From contig DYFC01000045.1 in the NCBI GenBank assembly GCA_020725385.1, positions 1-19,546 on the forward strand: DNA of 19,546 bases, read 5' to 3'. This stretch comes from Nitrospira japonica (GTDB taxonomy: Bacteria > Nitrospirota > Thermodesulfovibrionia > Thermodesulfovibrionales > SM23-35). Each line of letters begins with the position of its first letter. Within the stretch, counting starts at the first letter, position 1. The position numbers and the translations under genes are program-made. Shown here in pieces: positions 16,612-19,546 of this stretch. The notes beneath the pieces are model-generated. The model was not told where the DNA came from. It did no database searches and was given only the letters and a program-made list of their open reading frames with translations.

Positions 16612-17952
16612 ATGATAAGCATTGATTATTCAAACATGATGGAAGAATATATCGGGAGCAAAGGACTTTCAAACCTTTCAATCAATAACATCTCACCACA
16701 AATAGAAAAAGCTTACAAAATGATAGCAAACAGGGAATGGAAGCAACTTGAATTTATTGACCTGCTTTCTCAGGATACCGCTGAAATCAAAAAAGCCGGC
16801 AGATATATAAAAAAATCTGCTGATAACTTCTTATTGCTCGGGATAGGCGGTTCAGCACTTGGTCCAAGAGCTATTCTTGAAGCTTTAAGCCCTTTTCACA
16901 ATCTTAAGAAAAGACCCAGGGTCTTTATTTATGATAATGTTGACCCGCGTACACTCAAGAACCTGCTCTCGATAATTGATTTGAAGAAGACTTTCATAAA
17001 CGTAATTTCAAAATCAGGAAGCACAGCAGAAACAGCTGCATCTTTTCTTATTCTCTGGGATAAAATGAAAAGGATTCTCGGCAAGGATGCTTCAAAACGA
17101 TTTGTAATTACAACTGACCCTGAAAAAGGAAGCCTGAGAAAAATCGCAAATGATGAAAAAATACTTACATTGCCGGTACCGCCTAATGTTGGCGGAAGAT
17201 ATTCGGTTTTAAGCCCTGTTGGTCTCCTAACTGCTGAAGTTACCGGAATCGACTGTAATGAACTTTTGAGGGGAGCATCCGATATAAAATCAATTTGTTT
17301 AAATAATGATGTATATAAAAATCCAGCCCTTTTGTTTGCGACACTTCTTTTTTTAATGGATAAAGAAAAAAACAGACATATTAATGTAATGGTGCCCTAT
17401 ATGGATAGTCTGAAGTTTTTATCCGAATGGTTCTGTCAATTATGGGCAGAAAGTCTCGGTAAGGAAAACAAAGGTCTTACTCCTTATCCTTCACTTGGAA
17501 CAACTGATCAGCATTCTCAATTACAACTATGGATAGAAGGGCCACCGGATAAGGTTATCTTTTTCATAAGAGTTGATGATTTCGGTACAGATATAAAAAT
17601 CCCTGCGGTATTCAAAAACATTGAAGGATATAATTATCTTTCCGGACATACATTAAAAGAGCTCATTAACTCCGAACAGGAAGCTACCGAACTTGCATTG
17701 ACAAAAGCAGGAAGGCCGAACTTTACAATAACTGTTCCTCAGATAAATGCATATTATCTTGGACAATTGTTTTTCTTTTTTGAGATGGCAACAGCTTTTG
17801 CCGGTGCTTTGCTTGAAGTAAATCCTTTTGACCAGCCGGGTGTTGAAGAAGGCAAGAATTTGACTTATGGAATGATGGGTAAAAAAGGTTTTGAAGAAAA
17901 GAAAAAAGAAGTTGATGAATATAGAAAGAACAAAGGAAAGTGGAGGATTTAA
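16612..17952 (+). CDS. pgi: Glucose-6-phosphate isomerase
   Basis: GIGGSALG, ISKSGSTAET, VGGRYSVLS, QLWAESLGK, DQHSQLQ, PFDQPGVEEGK. Confidence 0.97.
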   Translation: MISIDYSNMMEEYIGSKGLSNLSINNISPQIEKAYKMIANREWKQLEFIDLLSQDTAEIKKAGRYIKKSADNFLLLGIGGSALGPRAILEALSPFHNLKKRPRVFIYDNVDPRTLKNLLSIIDLKKTFINVISKSGSTAETAASFLILWDKMKRILGKDASKRFVITTDPEKGSLRKIANDEKILTLPVPPNVGGRYSVLSPVGLLTAEVTGIDCNELLRGASDIKSICLNNDVYKNPALLFATLLFLMDKEKNRHINVMVPYMDSLKFLSEWFCQLWAESLGKENKGLTPYPSLGTTDQHSQLQLWIEGPPDKVIFFIRVDDFGTDIKIPAVFKNIEGYNYLSGHTLKELINSEQEATELALTKAGRPNFTITVPQINAYYLGQLFFFFEMATAFAGALLEVNPFDQPGVEEGKNLTYGMMGKKGFEEKKKEVDEYRKNKGKWRI

Positions 17953-17954
17953 CA

Positions 17955-17972
17955 ATTTATCGCAAGATAAAT
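17955..17972 (+). other. Perfect hairpin/inverted repeat just after the pgi stop (terminator-like or operator)
   Basis: ATTTATC-GCAA-GATAAAT: 7-bp stem with a GNRA loop. Confidence 0.35.
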
Positions 17973-18015
17973 CCCTATATTTTATATGTCATATATTTTA
18001 AGATGAGGAGGGAAT

Positions 18016-18705
18016 GTGAAGAATAAAAAACTGAAGAAAAAGGTTATGTGTTATTCCTCAATTGCTGCCGGCGCGCTTGCAATAGCAGGACAGGCAGAAG
18101 CAGCGGTTGTTTATAGCGGACCGCAGAATATTGTTGTAAATGCAAGTAATCCATTTGCAAGTATTGATCTTGATAATAATACTGTTCCTGATTTTGTTAT
18201 ATTTAATTATTATTATAATTATAATACTATAGCCCGAGCTCATATAATTTTTGGAAATCCATATAACAGTGCTTTTATGATTAATGAACAAGTTACTACA
18301 ACATCCCCTCCATTAATGGTTGTTAATATCCCTGCCAATTATACTGTTAAAAGTACTCTTGCAACAGGAAGACAATGGTTTTCTGTTGGTATTCTTGATG
18401 CTTATTATAAAGGTACCGGTTATGGTAATTTCTTAGGAACAACAGGTTATATTGGCGTGAGATTCAACGCGGCTTGTGGAACTGCTTATGGCTGGATACA
18501 ATATAGCTCTAATAATGATGCAACAGTTGGAACAATCATAGATTGGGCATATGAAAATACATGCCGGCCAATAAGAGCGGGTGATAAAGGTCAACAGGTT
18601 GCGGTACCTGCATTTACACCAGCAGGGATTGCAGTTGCAGCAGGTCTTCTATCAGGAGCAGGCTTAAGGGCGTTAAGGAAAAGGAAAAAAGAGGGGAAAA
18701 AATAA
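18016..18705 (+). CDS. Secreted/surface protein, paralog 1, with a C-terminal VPAFT-TM-basic sorting-like tail
   Basis: GTG start after GAGGAGG, signal peptide ending AEA|A, DLDNN..PDF loop, YIGVRF...YGWIQ...IIDWAYE...I.AG, and tail VAVPAFTPAGIAVAAGLLSGAGLRALRKRKK. Confidence 0.9.
   Translation: MKNKKLKKKVMCYSSIAAGALAIAGQAEAAVVYSGPQNIVVNASNPFASIDLDNNTVPDFVIFNYYYNYNTIARAHIIFGNPYNSAFMINEQVTTTSPPLMVVNIPANYTVKSTLATGRQWFSVGILDAYYKGTGYGNFLGTTGYIGVRFNAACGTAYGWIQYSSNNDATVGTIIDWAYENTCRPIRAGDKGQQVAVPAFTPAGIAVAAGLLSGAGLRALRKRKKEGKK
18034..18135 (+). repeat. 5' direct repeat, copy 1 (signal-peptide region); copy 2 at 18866-18967
   Basis: Manual alignment: 102 nt, 8 mismatches, no gaps. Confidence 0.9.
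18592..18690 (+). repeat. 3' direct repeat, copy 1 (sorting-tail region); copy 2 at 19448-19546
   Basis: Manual alignment: 99 nt, 4 mismatches, first 57 nt identical. Confidence 0.92.
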
Positions 18706-18784
18706 GGAACAGTTTTTCTCCTTCCCATGGCTTGTTATCCTTAACCTGCTGGTGATGTCACAACCTGATGATTGGGTACTTTAA

Positions 18785-18813
18785 TTGACAAATGATAAAT
18801 TTCCTTTTATACT
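18785..18813 (+). promoter_or_regulatory. Near-consensus sigma70 promoter for paralog 2
   Basis: TTGACA (18785-18790), 17 nt spacer, TATACT (18808-18813), 31 nt upstream of ATG 18845. GGGGGA SD. Confidence 0.8.
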
Positions 18814-18844
18814 TTCTTTTAATTTTTAAAAAATGGGGGAATTT

Positions 18845-19546
18845 ATGAATAAAAGTAAGGAGTTAAAGAAAAAGTTTATGTGTTATTCATCAATTGCTGC
18901 CGGAGCGCTTGCAATAGCAGGGCAGGCAGAAGCTGCGGTTGTTTATAGCGGGCTACAGAATATTGTTCATGACACAGCAAACACAATTCGGTGGATTGAT
19001 TTAAATAACGATGGGACAAATGACTTTGGTTTCCGTTATGTTTATACTACTACTTATTATGGTAATGTTAATAGAAGGTTCGATTTCGATTTAGTATATA
19101 ATAATTATTATAATCAACATATAGATAACAGTTTACATCAAGATCCTGCACGCTTACCGAGTGGATATTTGATACAGCCTAATCTTCCTAATCAACCGGC
19201 ATTTTATTGGGATTATGAAAATTATGACACTTTAGGTACATATTCTGGTAAAGCTAGTGAAGGTGTTTTTAGGGGTCAAAGTGGATATATAGGTGTTCGT
19301 TTTCAGAGTCAGACCTGTAATGGTTCAAATTATCATTATGGCTGGATACAGTTTAGTTTGAATAATAATGCCACTTCCGGGACTATAATAGACTGGGCAT
19401 ATGAGACAAATTGTAATCAATCTATAATGGCAGGTGATACTGGTCAACAACAGGTTGCGGTACCTGCATTTACACCAGCAGGGATTGCAGTTGCAGCAGG
19501 TCTTTTATCAGGAGCAGGCATAAGGGCATTGAGGAAAAGGAAAAAA
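18845..19546 (+). CDS. Secreted/surface protein, paralog 2; absent from the ORF track; stop codon lies beyond the window end
   Basis: Manual translation, open for 234 codons: MNKSKELKKKFMCYSSIAAGALAIAGQAEAAVVYSGLQNIV...IDLNNDGTNDF...GYIGVRFQSQTCNGSNYHYGWIQF...GTIIDWAYETNCNQSIMAGDTGQQQVAVPAFTPAGIAVAAGLLSGAGIRALRKRKK. Confidence 0.92.
   Translation, partial: MNKSKELKKKFMCYSSIAAGALAIAGQAEAAVVYSGLQNIVHDTANTIRWIDLNNDGTNDFGFRYVYTTTYYGNVNRRFDFDLVYNNYYNQHIDNSLHQDPARLPSGYLIQPNLPNQPAFYWDYENYDTLGTYSGKASEGVFRGQSGYIGVRFQSQTCNGSNYHYGWIQFSLNNNATSGTIIDWAYETNCNQSIMAGDTGQQQVAVPAFTPAGIAVAAGLLSGAGIRALRKRKK
18866..18967 (+). repeat. 5' direct repeat, copy 2
   Basis: Matches 18034-18135 at 94/102 nt. Confidence 0.9.
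19448..19546 (+). repeat. 3' direct repeat, copy 2 (runs to the window end)
   Basis: Matches 18592-18690 at 95/99 nt. Confidence 0.92.

Noticed and set aside
503-18291. Numerous short antisense or alternate-frame ORFs (e.g. 582-896, 1584-1889, 3761-4219, 8457-8840, 10047-10412, 15381-15800, 17653-17955)
   Set aside because: They lie within or mostly overlap well-supported genes and show no recognisable motifs; they are shadow ORFs.
18728-18745. Sigma54 -24/-12 site (also CGGCAC...TGC at about 15956-15968)
   Set aside because: The GG and GC dinucleotides are not at the required 10-nt spacing, or the GC is absent.
18592-19546. Diversity-generating retroelement TR/VR pair as an explanation for the ~100-nt repeats
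   Set aside because: Mismatches are not confined to adenines of one copy (C/T, T/A, G/A, A/G), both copies are coding tails, and no reverse transcriptase is in the window.
1-19546. CRISPR array, IS/transposase or prophage genes
   Set aside because: No regularly spaced short repeats, terminal inverted repeats or mobile-element proteins were seen, and nearly all sequence is accounted for by the listed genes.

Overview
AT-rich bacterial chromosomal window. Gene order and protein character suggest Nitrospirota/Thermodesulfovibrionia-like origin (inference only). Most of it is housekeeping. Minus strand: mutL-miaA-hfq-Nudix-SurA_N and a tRNA-Leu(GAG) cut by the window edge. Plus strand: proA-nadD-rsfS-(LapA/LapB-like)-leuS-lptE-holA, converging on rpsT. 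Next come a hypothetical gene, a deoxyhypusine-synthase-like gene, a DUF2062-like gene, asnS, an orphan atpZ-atpI pair and pgi. Two genes are missing from the ORF track: rsfS (6320-6670, no ATG/GTG/TTG start) and a second surface-protein paralog (18845 to the window end). The most unusual part is the last 1.5 kb. It holds two tandem secreted-protein paralogs whose signal-peptide DNA (94/102 nt identical) and C-terminal tail DNA (95/99 nt identical) are nearly the same while the cores diverge strongly. Both end in a shared 'VAVPAFTPAG-TM-RKRKK' tripartite tail that looks like an exosortase-type sorting signal variant. All calls come from reading motifs by eye; no searches were run.
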